DNA from: Hypanus sabinus
Taxonomy: Eukaryota
Assembly: GCF_030144855.1 (NCBI RefSeq)
Contig: NC_082713.1
Coordinates: 53,816,001-53,880,000, forward strand
Direction: 5' to 3'
DNA length: 64,000 nucleotides
Shown here: one piece after another, positions 63,171-64,000 of the stretch
Layout of the letters: every line of letters begins with the position of its first letter
Position numbering within the stretch: position 1 is the first letter of the stretch
Notes under the pieces: generated by a model
Seen by the model: only the letters and a program-made list of their open reading frames with translations
Database searches by the model: none
Told to the model about the DNA's origin: nothing
Translations under genes and position numbers: made by a program

Positions 63171-64000
63171 TATTAATTTAGTATTAAGTTACTGCTTCTG
63201 AGCTACAGTGATAGCGATAGCTTCTAGTTTGAGAGTTTTAATTAGTAGCCTTGTTGACCTGGCACTTGTATTTTCCTTTTGTTCTACGCAGTTCTTATTA
63301 GAACTCTGTGAACTGTTCATTTTCATCCTGTGTCTCTCCCTCTGCTCCTCAGCCATCACCAAACACTGTCAGCAAGGCTCGAACATCAAAAAGCACCCAG
63401 TGGAGAGAGAACAGCTAACTATCACTGTTCCTTTTAAACTGCACAGGTGTACTGCCACGCAGTAACTGAAAAGTTCCCATGCACACCGCCTTTCTTGCGG
63501 CGCAGCTGGAATTTTCTTTTATAGAATGCTAATATAACATTGAAATTATGATGATGTAATTGTGAAATACTCTGCAATTAATTATGTGTCAATGAGTAAA
63601 ATCCACAAATTTTCTAAATAATAAATGTATCACAACCTTTACTTTGAAACATTTTCGAGCTTCAACACATTTAGGTTGACAGCGTTTCAAGTTACAACAC
63701 TGTTACACTGAACAGCAAGCTTTTGATCCTGTGCTATTACAAATGCAACCAATTTTGAATTTGGAAGAGTGAAAGTTTTACGACTGATAAACAATACCCA
63801 GCTACCATTATGATCCACAACAAAACTGTTCTTTCAAAAAAAATCGCATCAATACTGCAATTTTAAATTTGTCATTTCTGAGAAAGTTAAGCAGGTTCAA
63901 TTAAGGCATTCACTGATGTTGAACTACATGCTTAGAAATGAAGAAGTTGAAGAACTGCCAATTGTTGTTGACATCACTGGAACATTTCACGCTTCTATTG

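Noticed and set aside
1-64000. CRISPR array, prokaryotic operon or endogenous DNA virus
   Set aside because: There is no regularly spaced repeat-spacer structure, no gene-dense segment and no viral hallmark protein; the content is vertebrate TE-rich DNA.

Overview
This is eukaryotic, vertebrate-type DNA. The repeat families (CR1, Rex1/Babar, RTE, Penelope-derived short repeats, tRNA-derived SINEs, BEL/Pao and Ty3/Gypsy LTR elements, mariner and hAT MITEs) look like those of a cartilaginous fish, probably a ray; this is an inference. Most of the window is transposon-derived, often nested, and nearly all long ORFs are TE fragments or antisense shadows. The only clear host-gene signal is a CpG island at about 16.2-17.0 kb. 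It has a minus-strand ATG exon ending in a canonical GTAAGT donor, plus candidate divergent plus-strand exons. Highlights: (1) a very young 3.16-kb BEL/Pao element (near-identical LTRs, TCCAC TSD) that has lost capsid/zinc knuckle, protease and RT-RH-IN core yet keeps one uninterrupted 571-aa mosaic ORF; (2) dispersed short Penelope-derived inverted repeats whose copies together reconstruct a minimal hammerhead ribozyme, two with 13-14 bp TSDs; (3) a ~390-bp mariner-derived hairpin with four TIR copies; (4) CR1 insertions at targets resembling their own 3' microsatellite tails, one giving a 574-aa RT ORF started by an LTR-derived ATG. No CRISPR array, rRNA or true tRNA gene was seen. All family calls come from motif recognition by eye, not database searches.
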